A stretch of DNA of 64,000 bases from positions 27,156,001-27,220,000 of the forward strand of contig OZ281496.1 in NCBI GenBank assembly GCA_965637545.1. The letters run 5' to 3'. Below the pieces are notes generated by a model. It made no database searches. It was not told the DNA's origin and saw nothing but the letters and a program-made list of their open reading frames with translations. Of this stretch, positions 37,605 through 51,200 are shown piece by piece (the stretch's first letter is position 1; the number at the start of each line of letters is the position of its first letter). The position numbers and the translations under genes were made by a program. This DNA is from Phallusia mammillata (taxonomy: Eukaryota).

Positions 37605-40600
37605 TCAATCCCAGAGCTTAATCTGACCGTCCCAGCCACATGTTATAAGCTTAGAGGTCTCATGCGGGTGCCAGGTGCAGCCGATGCATACGCTGTCGTG
37701 TGCCTTGAACTTGCTGTACATTTTCGTAGTCTTCCAATCCCATATACACACTTTGCCATCGCCGTCACCCGATGCCACGTAGGACATGTCAGGGGAGAAT
37801 GTCAGCTGACAGGCGTAACCTGCCACCTGTCGATTAGACATGTTTAAACGTTAAACTAGAATTCGGATCATAATTTGGTTTTTACATTCATGTGTAGGTT
37901 TTAATTATCAGTTGTAAAAGTTAGATGTGTCGAAACGTACCGTGCTGTACTAGTATGTGGGGGTTTTTAAAAAACGGTTGCAGTGCGTACTTCCAATTGG
38001 TGATACAATTTGGGACTTTCATAGTTAGCTCGAAGGGTGCTGCATAAAGCTCTGGTTTGGTATTATCAACCAAATAAGGCTTTCTAAATTCAAATTTCTT
38101 ATTATTATACATCTGTGCACCATACTGAAGTTCAGAGAGACAGACAAGCGTTTGTTTTGCCATTGAATACAAGTTTAACTTACCATGTGTCCTTTAAACA
38201 CTTTCTTTCTCTTCTGGCGGAATCTGCCTTGCACGTCAAATATGACAATCTTGTTGTCAAGCGACTGACATCCAAGCCATTTCTCATTGGGTGCCAGTGT
38301 GCAGGCTGGCATAGAATGCATTCCAGGGTCAGCAATGTACTTGAAATCAACAGGGATGTCCCTATTTTGGAAAAATGTAAACGTTTACCATCTACGTTTG
38401 GCAAGCTTATAACACTGATTTGTTTGTTTTTGTTACGTAATAATCTTTTTGTAGTTTAAATTGTGTAAATTTAGTTACATAAGGCTGTTTCCCCAATTTG
38501 TGTCAAAAGCTTTCACGGAAATGTTATTTTTGTATACAGTTAAACAAAGCAAGTTTTCTTACCACTCCCAGACGCGAAGACTTTTATCGTCTGAAGTAGA
38601 CACGAACTTGGTGTTGTTGTCAACGAAAGTGATTGTGTTTACCGCCCCCAAGTGACGATCGTACTCTTGTACCGCGTCACCGGAATTTATATCCCACTAC
38701 AAGTGAAAAATATATATAGTTAAACGGACAAAACGTACAGGTACAAAATACCTATGTTGTTACAAGGTTAATTATAGAACCTTCCCTTTCGACTGGCCAT
38801 CAACCTTCCTAGTGCAGAATTTGACAAATGAGAATTCTTTCCTTAGCTCGGGTGATTTTTGTTTTTGGGCCCCTTTTTCTGGACCCACCACGTACGCCAT
38901 TTGGTGACAAATTTACTTTTTTCTAAACGTTAATCACGCCTTGTAATACGGTGTTTAGCATTTACCTTAAACCACCAAATGCATTAAGCTTTTGAACTGG
39001 GTAACGTTGAAGTTTTGGTTGTTCAATGCTGTTGTGTGGTTATGAGTCCAGCTATATAGGCTCAAGTCGAAAGATATATTGAAGTCGTTGTTTGGTTCTT
39101 ACCGTTACAATCTTTTTGTCAGAAAGACCGGCAACGAATAGATGCTGTTTGTTTTGGTCTGGGTTGAATTTCACGCAGTAAGGTATCTTTCCGTTAGAAA
39201 ATCTCTTGATACATTTGCCTGTGAAAAGTTACAGTATGTTATATTTTTAAAGTGTCCTGTAGATTCATACGCAAATTGAAAACAAGCCTCAAAATACAAG
39301 CTTCAATTGTAGAGCTCGCAGGAATGCGCAAGTGTTTGAAATGTGGGGAAGTACCTGTTTCTGTGTCCCAGAGTTTTATGAATCGGTCGTAAGCAGCCGT
39401 GAGAAATCTGCTTCCATCATTATTAAATGCAGCTTCACGAACAGCCTTTCCATGTCCCGTAAACGTACGTAGCAAACGTCGTTTGTTGTAAACTTCCCAT
39501 AACTGTGGAGTACATATAATTAAGGTTTATCTTGCCAAAGATTGAAATAGAAAAATACACGTTCAAACAATAAATGATATTAAAGTTTATTCTAAGAGAG
39601 AATGCATGCTTCGAATGCAAAACAGATAATTTGCAGATCAAAATAGTAATAAATTTGGTTTTGTTTGGTCAGAAAATGATCTTACCTTGACTTTACAGTC
39701 CATAGATGTGGATAATAGTAAATGCCCAGACCTTGGAAAAAGTTTAATAGAGGACACAGATTTTGTATGACCAGTCCAGGTGTGGAGAAGCTTTTTGGGA
39801 AGGTAGCATTTCGCAGGAGGCATGTCTGATTTCAGATTAACACCAACATCTTGTGGGATATGCAGATAGGATCGACCCTGGTGGATAAATGAGTTCAGTT
39901 TTTACAGCTTTCAGAGCTTATGAAAGTAACAGGATTACAGTCCCAATTGTTGGGAAGATGTTAAATTAAATAATCCATAAATTAAATGTTGTGGGATAGA
40001 CAGGTACAAATAGATATTCAGATGATTTATGAGTATTTTTTTCTCTGGTTTAGACTTCTGGTTCTAGTAGAATTGTTTACATGATTTTGCCAGAAAGTAA
40101 ACTCAAATCAACTGATCTCAATGACTACACAGTGTACAAGTCTACAGATTACTTAAAAAGTGTCTTAACATGTGGTGGAATTAACTACCTGATAATCAAG
40201 AGGGTCCTTGACATGTAATGTAGTTTTCTCTTCAACTGGTTTTTCTTCAGGTTTCTTTCCTCTCTTCTTCCTCTTTGATGTGAGTTCATCAAGTTCTTTT
40301 TGCATTTCCTTAACAAACACAACATTGAAAACCAATGTTTATCAGATTATCATCAATTTATGTATTTAACTATAACCATAGGCGTCGATTTTTTAGCATG
40401 AAGTTTCTTTTGTGGGGTGGCAAAATTTTGAAGTAATTCCTCATGTGATCAAACCACACTACGTTAAATGTTAAGGTTTGTAGATGCCATTTCGTGGATA
40501 TTGACAGCGTATAACGTGTATTACTCTGTATGCATTCTTGCTTAACTTGGACGTAACAACTGTGAAAGTCACATCACAAACCGTCCATCTAGTTGTGTAG

Positions 40601-42355
40601 TTATCATGTCACAATGCGTTAGTGATGTGTTATTGATGCTCAAAATGGGTTTTCCCCATGCGTTGTCTAAAAACAGTAAAGATTTTGCGTTGCTTGCTTT
40701 GCACATGCTCGAAATATAGCGACCGCTAGAAAGATCGCATGTGAATGAAAGAAACGGATATATGTAAGGCACAAGTATAAATGCGGTTAGGCAATTTCTG
40801 GGGTGGCAGCATAGTTATTTTATAATGGCTGCCACCCCAGATATTTTTACTGGGGAGGCATGCCACCCCGGGAATCGACGCCTATGACTATAACATACAT
40901 GTTGTAACTTACCTCTGATGGTTTAGCAATTTTTACTTCATCTACATATCCACCCCACGGACCACAAAAGCCTTCAATGTCCTCGGGATCATTTTGTCTC
41001 ACTCTTTTTCGTTTATCTTGTGGCCTTGCCTTAATTTTCTCAAATACAGTCTTGGTGTCACTTGGCATGACAACCTCTAATTCTTGCTTCTTTTTGCCCT
41101 TTTTTTCTTCCTTTTCTTTTATTTCCCCCTCTTCAGTTGTGTCCTCATTTTCTTTTTTGTCTTTTTCTTCTTCATCATCAGAATCATCAAAGTTTGTCAT
41201 ATTAACTGCAAAAGTTAATTAAAAGAGTCAATTGCTTTGGCATAAACATTTTTTTTCGCCTAACAATTTGCCTGGAGTTGCATAAGGGGTGGTTTGCAAC
41301 TTGTTTTAGGCAATGGACCACTAGCCCCAATAAAAAAACTCATGGACCACTTTATTGTTGAGAAAAAATACAGTCAATTTTAATTTTGAACCTACTAATC
41401 TTGTCCTTTGGGTCACCTCAACTTGGCAAATGTTATCAAGAGGTCATGGCACCAGAAAGGGTGGGAACCACTGTGTTAAATTATCTGATAGAGTTTGAAA
41501 ACTAACATCAATGATCAAACACTTACCAACAAGTTTTTCTATCGGATCTGCTGTATCTACTGATGGATCGATTGCAAATCCTAAAAAACAAGAAACAAAG
41601 ATGGTTGATTCCATGAAAACAAAACATTATAAAACTCACCATAGCTATGAAATGTTCTTCTCTGGTTTTCAAAGTTAAAGGCACTAAAATGTGCTTCTTC
41701 CACATAACCGGCTAAAGTATTTTTCTGAGCCAGTTGTTGCCTTGTTTTAAATGGGTTTGCTGGCCCCTAAAAATGAATCGAAGTTAAAGACCCAATTCAT
41801 TCAGGTTCCAAACATTAATGATTAGATACATAAATGAAATGTATTCTTTTGATAGTCAGTTATGTACGAACCTGTTCCGGGGCATGCATCTCTTCATAAG
41901 TAGGATTGTAAGTGACCACTTTGTTGTTTATGTGATCAACAACACTGGGACCTCTTGTGTCTCTCTGTAAACGTAACAAGGTGCATAGAGTTCAACAAAA
42001 TTGTCAAAATAAGAGTAATGATAATTTAGATGTAACACATTGCTTAACTACCAGCAGTGTAGAAGCTTGGCATTCTGGTTTTACATTCTTTCAACGCTAT
42101 GTCAACTGACAATCTTATTGTGATGTACAATTCAGAAAAGGAAATATAGTTTTAATATTATAGCTTTCTTACCGTAGAAATGACTTCAGGTGCTGCAGCA
42201 ACGACAGCCAGAGAAATCGGTTTACTTGTTGGTAACGGTTTCAGGTGTAGCATTTCTTCTTCGTTAACCGTTTTCTCGTCGGTATCTGACGAGCCTGGCG
42301 ATTCCCCATCCGAAATATCCGCATAAGCATTTTTTAACGAAGCAATAGCTTCCAT
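37605..42355 (-). CDS. CDC40: Pre-mRNA splicing factor CDC40/PRP17 (WD40), multi-exon
   Basis: [13 protein letters not shown]..., [134 protein letters not shown]. Confidence 0.96.
40377..40886. mobile_element. hAT-type MITE, 510 bp, in CDC40 intron
   Basis: Perfect 14-bp TIRs CATAGGCGTCGATT / AATCGACGCCTATG; perfect 8-bp TSD ACTATAAC; subterminal GGGGTGGCA repeats. Confidence 0.92.
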
Positions 42356-43436
42356 TTCGCACAAATGACGTTGTTTAATTAAGTTAAATTCAAAACAGAA
42401 AAACAAACGCAATGTATTGTTGTCGCGCTTGAAGCAAATGTGTTGATGTCGTGTGTCGCGTATTTGTCACAAATTACGCGACACGCCGCAATCATGTGCG
42501 AAGAATTCAAGTTTAATGTTAATGGTGTTAAACTTATGTGTCAAATTTAATTTCGTATTTGACAACGATTACATATCAACCATCAAGTATCATTTACATA
42601 AAGAGGGTCAGTAAATCGTTGCATGTCTACATCGTTTCTTAAGTTTTTGAATATTGTAACATTTACATGCTTAATAGCTTAGCCTACATGCCTTTAATGA
42701 CAATCAGCCAATATATATTGTATGATTTCCGCGTCTCAAAAACTTAGATGTGATCAAATATGTTGTGGCACTAGTCACTGTGAATGCTGTATCGTATTCA
42801 TGCAACGATCGAGTCCAACCCAGTTCCCAAACGGCAATGCGCCATCCTGGGTATTGAATAATGGCTATCGGACAGTGCATATATCAGCCAAGGCAAGAAT
42901 TCTAACAGGGCCCATAATGATTAAACTTATATGTTTATTCTGTCATAAGGCGAAGTTTTCGGAGCTAAAGATTGAGAATTTCATAAGCACGTTGCAAACT
43001 TACAACACGTATTATTTTTGATTCACTTTGTCATTGTACAGAAACCGTTCTGAAAAACTAAAGATTTATTTCGATGCTGTGATTTTAGACAAATCTAAAA
43101 GAATGTTTTCCTGCTTTTATTTGGATCGATTGGACACAAATTAACGTGCCTGATGTAAATCGTTGTTTTCCCAATCGACAATAAATGTAATCCTAACGCA
43201 TGGCGTCTTTTGTTTCAGAGAAATCCAACAGACGTTTATTGCCAATTCATGTACGAAATTGATGTGGGAGCGTCAATTTGAGAACAAGCAAAAAATCGAT
43301 CGAATAGAGACTTGGACAGATGAAAGATATTCAGCGAAATCATCAATGCGCCACAAACGAAAAAGGCGTCTTCGAATGCTAATCCGCAGGTATATAGCCA
43401 ACAAACATGTCCCCCTATAGCCATACTGCTGCAGAT

Positions 43437-43666
43437 TTATAGCCTTACTGCTGCAGACTGCATATTATTACAGAACAGCAAGCAAGAGATTATAAGACAA
43501 ACTACGCTACCTTTAAACACTAGCAACGCAAGTTTGTCGACGTAGCTGGCATATTTGAGACTGTCTGCAACGGTACAAGTGTCATTATCTTTTAGCTTGG
43601 TATCTATTGTAAAAGTAGCAATAGCCCGAAGTTCGTTGTCGTTATATAAACTTGTTTTGCAGTCAC
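43437..43666 (-). CDS. Possible terminal exon of an unidentified membrane protein
   Basis: Acceptor TTTTCCTTAG, then an open frame GDCKTSLYNDNELRAIATF...LALLVFKGSVVCLIISCLLFCNNMQSAAVRL* with one hydrophobic segment. No upstream exons or homology recognised. Confidence 0.25.
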
Positions 43667-43739
43667 CTAAGGAAAATAGACCGGAAAAAAGGTAGTGACA
43701 ACTAAACAGATTAAAAACTAGTTGTTCAATTACGTACAC

Positions 43740-43937
43740 CAGTAGTTCTCAAACTGTGCGTCGTTTCAATTTTCCAAGGGCGTCGCAGAATAGTTCCGTT
43801 TCGATGCTTTTTGTTGTTGTATCAATAAACACAACTTCAATATTAAGTTTCCTCTTTAACTTTTATTTGCTGGTGCGTCGCAAGTCCAGAAAACTTTTCG
43901 AGTGGCGTCGCAGTATAAAAAAGTTTGAGAACCACTG
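43740..43937. mobile_element. hAT-type MITE, 198 bp
   Basis: TIRs CAGTAGTTCTCAAACT / AGTTTGAGAACCACTG; perfect 8-bp TSD ACGTACAC. Confidence 0.92.
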
Positions 43938-45241
43938 ACGTACACAATGCATGGCTTTAAAATTCTGAGCAAAAAGACCAAGGGCAGTTTTCAACCGTAA
44001 ACGTGAATCAGAGCATGATAGAGAGAACAGTTTCTCAAAGTTTCAATTTCGTCGCAACTTATATATTAATTGCTCAAGGATTCTCATAGCAAGCATTGTT
44101 TCCTTATTTTCTCTACGAGTAGATGGAAGATGTAGGTAGGGACGAGTTTGTGCGGCCGTGAACATGTTGGTTAAAATATGCGTACTGGCGGCCGTGACGT
44201 AACTAAACTATTTTGCTAAAAAATGATTTTCAAAAAGATTTTGTGGGGCTGGAAAAAAGTTACCAGCCTAGTAGTATATATGCATCAGATTGTACGCATA
44301 TTGTGTGAAAACAGGTATCGCAAACGTCACAAAATAGATGATGGCGCCATAAACTATTAGTCAGACTGTTCAGCACAATCTGTGCATCAAGTTAGAAATT
44401 AATTGTTTTAGGCGCCATTAGATGGTATATATATGAGATAAACCTATTTCTTGCACAATAGTAATTTTGAAAAACAAACAAGCCGGCAATTGGTGACCGT
44501 TGGTGAAATAAGGATCCGCGATGCGGCCACCCTAACAAAAAGGTTGTGCACACCTGATCTAGGAGCTTGTATGTAGTAAATACAGGTTAAATACAACTTA
44601 TGTTAATTTTATCGAAAAAACATATGCATTTACGAAATTTACGAAACTATATCTTGTCTTTTGCAACACTCTATACGTTTGAACAATAAGCATGTCGCTT
44701 TTTACGCCTTGTTGGCCCACTATTTTCACTATTTAAAATATTGTCTCCTTCAGATTTTTACAAATTCGCTGTTGAATTGGTACATTGGGTAAAAGCTGGT
44801 CATCCAACGAATATGCAAAACATACGGGATGTAGATTGGAACAAAGTCATGAGAAGTGGATCCTCTGAAAGTCCAAGCGTTGGGTATTTAAAAGGTTTGT
44901 TTGACTGTTTAAAGCTGCCAACCTAAAATTTCGGAGAACTTGCAAATTGCAGAACCACGCATGCAAATTATTGTGCTATTGATTGCCTCAATGCCCAGAA
45001 AATGATTGACAAAAAGAAGTTAATGAAAGAAATGCAAATGCCTATAAAATTGTACATAAAATGACAACAATAATATTTACTACGGTGATTGTTAAAGTTA
45101 TGGATCAGTTGCCTTTTCAAATAGAATTCATATTTTTGTTCAAACGAACTTTCGAAATCAATCCCTTTTCAATTACTTGTTGTTTGAGAGTCCCTAACCC
45201 TTCATAAACTGTTCTCATGAAGTTGTTTATTTTTTGTTTAG

Positions 45242-48200
45242 CTCTTCAAAAGCAAGGACATAAGACGGTGAAAAAGGCGCTCTCATTGGAGGAATGGAAA
45301 AGCGATGAAATGGATTTGGGGCTAAAAAACGTAAAAAGTAAGAAATCAAAAGTGTCGAAAACGTTTTTGTGCTGCGCACTTTTTCAACATGAACTTTTTT
45401 GCTTTGATGAATCAGACCTGCTGCCGTTTTCTAAGGACCAGAAACCCACTGAGGCTTTTCTTAAGGAGGTTTTCGATATAATGTTAAATTACATTTACAA
45501 GACTTTCGATCGCAACTCGAAGGTTCTCGATTTTCATCACCCGCACCAGTTTCTACAGGGTATCGAAGGTAAGTTTACCGTAGGTTTTGTCAACAGTGTT
45601 GATGAGCAATTCTGGAGTTGCGTTTAACAAAGTAGGCTATTAATTAGTGACATAGACTTGTTTATACGGGTCCGTAATTGGGCCAAAACCTGACCCTAAC
45701 CCCAATTTTAACATAACCTGAATTAGACTCGAAAGTTGGGTCGTGGTTAAGAAATGATTTATCACACTTAAATTGTTGTGTTGTGAAAGGCTTTTCTTTG
45801 GAACTGACTGGCGAGCAAGAATCATTGGAGCAAATTTTAGTGGACTGCCGTGACACATTAAAATACGGAGTCAAAACAGGTGGATCTTGTTGATTATTTG
45901 AATAGTAGTTTATGTATTAAAGCTACATTGGCATCACATATAGTTTTTGCGGCTGTTGACATTTTTTTAGCAATTGCGTTTAAACTTTTATCCAAGGAAC
46001 TAATACATGTTTACATTACGTAAGGTCATCCACGTTACTTCAACCAACTAAGCAGTGGGTTAGATATTGTGTCACTGGCTGCCGAATGGATCACTGCTAC
46101 CGCCAATACCAACATGTAAGAATGCATGGAGTGGACGTGACGTTGGGCATTGTTGGGAAATAGGTTGAGAATTGTTAGCAGGAGTTGAAAAATCGTATTT
46201 AGTTGGATTTTCAAACTTTTTTTACAGCGTAACCATGCAAGAAGGCAGTTTTGTTTTGTGGGGGCTTTCAGAAATAACTGCACATGATAATAAGACTCGA
46301 AAAACATTATGGATATGTTCGTCCATTTGTCACGAACCAATCAAAGCCGTAACCACGCAGTCAATACCAAATAACAATACCGGAATAAAACCCTTTGGGA
46401 AACACTGAAAAAAATCGAAAATGTTTTGAATCAAAACTGCATGTGACGTAACAAACATGAATTGCCTTTCAGAGCTACATAAAAAATCGATTTCCCATTG
46501 CCCGGCGCGTCTTAACCGTAAGTCGACTTTAAACCCACATAAACCCGCACCATCGGGGGCTAATTTCGCCTTTCCCTCGCATCGACAGCTACTAATTTGC
46601 CAAATTACAAATTGATGCCCGTCTGTTGTAAGACATGATAATGGACGAGGTCTAATGAACGAGCCACCAACGCATTGTATTTTAATTATTCTAATAATGT
46701 TCCTTATCTGATTTGGTGCCATGATATACAACGCCTGATCTTCATTTTGGGCAATTTGTCACCTTTTTATATACTGTGTAATGCTGAAGGTAAGTAGGTA
46801 GGAACAAATGTCAATGCTTTGTAATTGGCCTAGTCAACTGCAATAAACAGGCATTTAACTACAAAATAAACAACGTTTATTATAAAGCTGGCACAGTTGT
46901 AAACAGTGCAAACAATTTAATTTATACAACGCAGCTATACTTTTAAAAAAAATAATGTACAGAAAAAAAACTCTAAATTGATACAACCAGTTTTGGAACA
47001 CAAGGCTTTTAAACACCAAAATATATCACTGCATTTCAAGTTCAATTTTTGACATGATGCTCTTCCAGTTGATGTCAACGCCTTGGGAGTACTGCTTGAA
47101 TTTGTTGCTTGTTTCAGGCTTGTGTGTCTTCCGTAAATAAACCTGTCTAAATCCAAGCACAGTATCAATGTGAGTCTTATGTTTTACAGCAAGATCCAAA
47201 GCTCGCTCCCAGGTAAAAAGGTCCATGTTTAATTGAATTGCTCTGAAAATCAAGTTGTTCTGGAGAAGAATAGCCTCTGCTTCATATGCATTACCACAGA
47301 ACAATGCCATTTCAGCTGACTGCACTGGTTTTGAGGCAATGCCTTTGATTTGATTAAGGTGTTCCACTTTGCTGGCCTCTCCAACAGCAGCATAGGCAAT
47401 TTCAGCAACATTTAAATCCTTTTCTTTGAGGGACATAGCAGCCAAACATGCCCAGAGGGATTTCTCTTTGGTAAACCTACACAAAGTCAGCGCCTCGGTC
47501 CATCTATTGTTGCTCACCAATTGATTTAGAATGCTTGGGTATGGAGATATTGCAACCGATACCAAAGATCCGTCAGTGCGTCGCAGTGTGATGGTGTTAT
47601 CTCTGTACCCACACAATTCTGGATATTTGCCTAGGTCGCTACTGTCCTTTTCATAAACAGTATGATGCAGGATATCTTTGTCTGCAAACAAAGCTGAAGG
47701 GTAAAACCAAACTAGCATACGGGAATCTTGTAATGCACACAACATATTGACTGTTGTATTCCATTGAACTGAATGCACCATATTTGAAAGCTTATTGAGT
47801 TTGAACCCAGATCCAATGGATTTTACAGGTGTCAGGTAAAGGTCATGGTTTTTGTCAATTAAAGCAAGGTGTCTTTCAGAAGTTGCCCCACACATGCTCA
47901 AAGCTATTTGAACTACCTCAATTTTGTGTGTCATTGGATGACCTCCGCCATATGGTTTTCCAGTGTGAGCATCTATCAAAAACACCACCTTCTCATCTTT
48001 GCTATCCCTTATTGCAAGCACATCAGTACTTATCACAGCAGTCTTTGTTGTCAGTGATCCAACTTGGACAGTACTTGGCAATTTTGGACTGCACACATGT
48101 TTTCCTTCGTAACTGTAGACATACAGGCCTGCCTTGTCTGCAAGCAAGAAGTGCTTTTCGGCTTGTTGCACAAAAGAAACTGCCCCTTCTCTGAGATCAA

Positions 48201-51200
48201 ATATAGCTGGGGTGTTGAAGTTGTTTGTGCTGTATATATGACATTGTGTGGATGTTATCACTATTAAGTAATTGTAATCCAGGCTTATCTTGATGACACG
48301 GTCTTTCATTTCAAGGGTATCATGGGCATCATTTGCTACATTTTTAACCTCCACTGTTTTACGGCTGACCAAGGTTACTTCATATTCGCACCATTCCAAT
48401 CGCTTTTCCACACAGTGTGCTAAAATTACATTTCCATCAGCACATGCTGCTGCAAGCTGCATACCATCATTGCTCCATGAAATGTCAAAAATGCTTCCAC
48501 ATGATGGCTTCTCCAGTGCATGCGACCAGCCTGACTTATCACACAAACAGATTGAGTTAAAAGACCCAACTGCAAACAGGTCACCTCCTGGGGCCCAATT
48601 GACTGCAGTTACTGGGTAATCAAATGGTGCACTTGAGTATAAGGGTCTTCCAAAGTGGTCCCAAATCTTGTACTTGCAGTCTTCTCCACCAGAAACAATC
48701 AGTCTATTGACTTGATTCCAATCTGCTTTTAAGACAACACCGTCATGTGCTTTCCATGACACTTCTTTAGCTGATGGCTGCAGTGGTTTAATAACAAGCA
48801 ATTTTCCTTGAGTGTACAATATTTGGTCTGAATCAGGACCCCATGCAATAGCATACACACACTGCGGGAGTTGGACAATGGTTGATCGTAGCATACCAGA
48901 ACGGGACCACATTTTCAGCTGGCCATCCTCTCCACAAGTCAGAAAAGCAGTTCCATCTTGATTCCATTTTCCTGACAATACAGCGCCCTTGTGGGCTTGA
49001 ACACTCTTCTCAATTCTGCCAGCATGAGACAAGAAGTAAAATTTTCCATCGGTGCTAGTTACAGCAAACAAATCAGATGCTGGTACATTTTTGCTTCCTG
49101 GATTTGAAACAGAAAGACGAGCTAAATGAGTTGGAAAAAGCTCTTGGGGCAATTTGCAATGGATTGTGTTTTCACCACTAAGCAAGTTCCATTTCATAAC
49201 TGTGTGGTCATCACTTGCAGAAATGACGTGATCAGATGAAGCCCAAGCAACACAGGTGACACTGTCACTGTGAGCGGCATCTTTTGGAATAGTGTACTTT
49301 AGTCTCATTTCGTACCAGAATTTAGTTTTCTGCAATAAGTAATAATAATGGTCTAGGAAATGCCTTTATAAACCGTATTAAAAACAAAAAATAACTAACG
49401 CGTTCGAATACTGAAATGTTCACAAACCGGCCCTTACAACACATATTATTCAGGTTTGGCAACTAAAACGTATTTATAAATGTTCCATGCCATACTAAGC
49501 AGTAAAGTAGCTTAAAATACACCCAAAAATACATGGGTAGCATAGATTTTGAAGCTAATTAATAACAACAAATTAACTTTGCTTTAGAAATGCCTGCCTT
49601 AAAACGTATGAGAGAAGCGTATATTTTGTAAATAAGTGTGATTTGGACGCATAATGTTGACGGATTTTGCGCAAAATACAATAAAACATAGTTTAAATAT
49701 CGAACAAAAACTATTTTTGCCAAAATGATATAAGTATGTCACAAACAAAAGCCACAAAGGTAAACATTTATTGACAGTTTTCAAATATTACGTCCGATCA
49801 TCCGATTACACGAGCGCTTCACGATTACGTATCCTTATTTGTAGCTGTTGTTTTATTCTTAAATTTTAAACCTCAGTGGGGTTTCGAGTTAGGTGGCAAT
49901 TATGTTCAAAGTATTTTTATCAATCTCTGCAGGTTTACATTCGAAATAGCTCCAGTGTTTGTGCTAATGGAAGATGTGGTTTTGCGAAAAATGAGAGAAG
50001 TTGTAGGTTGGAATACAGGAGACGGAATTTTTTCACCAGGTTTGTTTCTTTATCAAATTACCTTCAATAAAGCTAATAAACAAAGTGGCATCTTTTAAAA
50101 TGTTTGTTTACCTGTGGATTTACTATACAGGCGGGACTATTAACAACCTGTATGCGGCAATGCTGGCCCGGCAAAGAATTTTACCGAATGTAAGGGAAAC
50201 GGGTATGCGCAACGGACCAGAGCTGATTATGTTTCAATCCAGACATGTAAGTTTAAATAACTGATGCAAAACCTTTTAAGGTTGCATGACATTTTAACCC
50301 ACTGTTTGAATTTCAATACAGGCTCACTACTCAAACAGAAGACCTGCGGCTGTCATGGGAATTGGTACAAACAACTGTATTGATGTCAAAACTGATGAAC
50401 GGTATACAATTTTGTATTTCCAACATAGCGTGTAAGATTATTTAACATGCATATTACATGTTCAGGGGACGCATGCTACCAGAAGACCTCGAGTTGAAGA
50501 TTTTGCAGGCCAAGTTCAAAGGGAAAGTACCGTTTTACGTCACAGCCACTGCTGGTACCACAGTTTTAGGAGCTTTTGATCCTATTCTTGAAATCGCAGA
50601 GATATGCCGGAAATATGACATCTGGCTCCATGTGGACGTAAGATTCATGCTTCTTAAATATATTTCATTAGTTAAGTTAAACTTTTGGTAAAAGTAACAG
50701 AATCAGTATAGCAACACAATACCACTGAAAATGAAAATAGTAGCCAATACAAAATCATGACCACACAACGCTATAGGACACATGTGCATCCTTTTACATC
50801 ACTAAATTTTTAAGCAAATTTCGGCCTGCAAACATTCCTGGTGGATCGTAAAAATTAAATTTAATAACTCCGAAACGCCTTGAGGTGGGGGCTATTTCAT
50901 GTCGTTGAGAGAAAGAACAAAGTTTCCTTGGTTCCTGATGGTTTAAGACTTTGAATCCACTGGCTGGGCCATTACGTCGTTTAAGCTTAAATACGGACCT
51001 TCTTGCATTCGATTTTGGACCTTCTTGCATGTAGTTTGAACCTTCTTGCATTCGAAGTTTTTAGTAATACTTAGGCTTTACGTCTGTGAATTGCTTCGAC
51101 CAGGCGGCCTGGGGTGGAGGAGTTCTCTTGTCACGCAAACATCGCCACCTCGTCGAAGGGATAGAATTGGCAGACTCCGTCACATGGAACCCACATAAAA

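Noticed and set aside
41283-41472. hAT MITE ending GGGTGGGAACCACTG
   Set aside because: Only the right end is clear; no matching left TIR or TSD
44123-44926. Upstream GAD exons (ATGGAAGATGTAG at about 44123; ORF 44741-44926)
   Set aside because: The first fits the phase but is only 13 nt with no homology; the second has the wrong phase. The GAD start is left unresolved
46035-46731. Second nested gene (133- and 101-aa minus ORFs) in the large GAD intron
   Set aside because: No motif; the frames do not join; part is just antisense to a GAD exon. It may be IFT80 3' UTR
47829-48619. Plus-strand ORFs overlapping IFT80, and similar ones over cyclin T and CDC40
   Set aside because: Antisense shadows of real coding exons
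50990-51056. Three CCTTCTTGCAT repeats as a CRISPR-like or regulatory array
   Set aside because: Short spacers of about 10 nt, only three units, eukaryotic intron; probably transposon subterminal repeats
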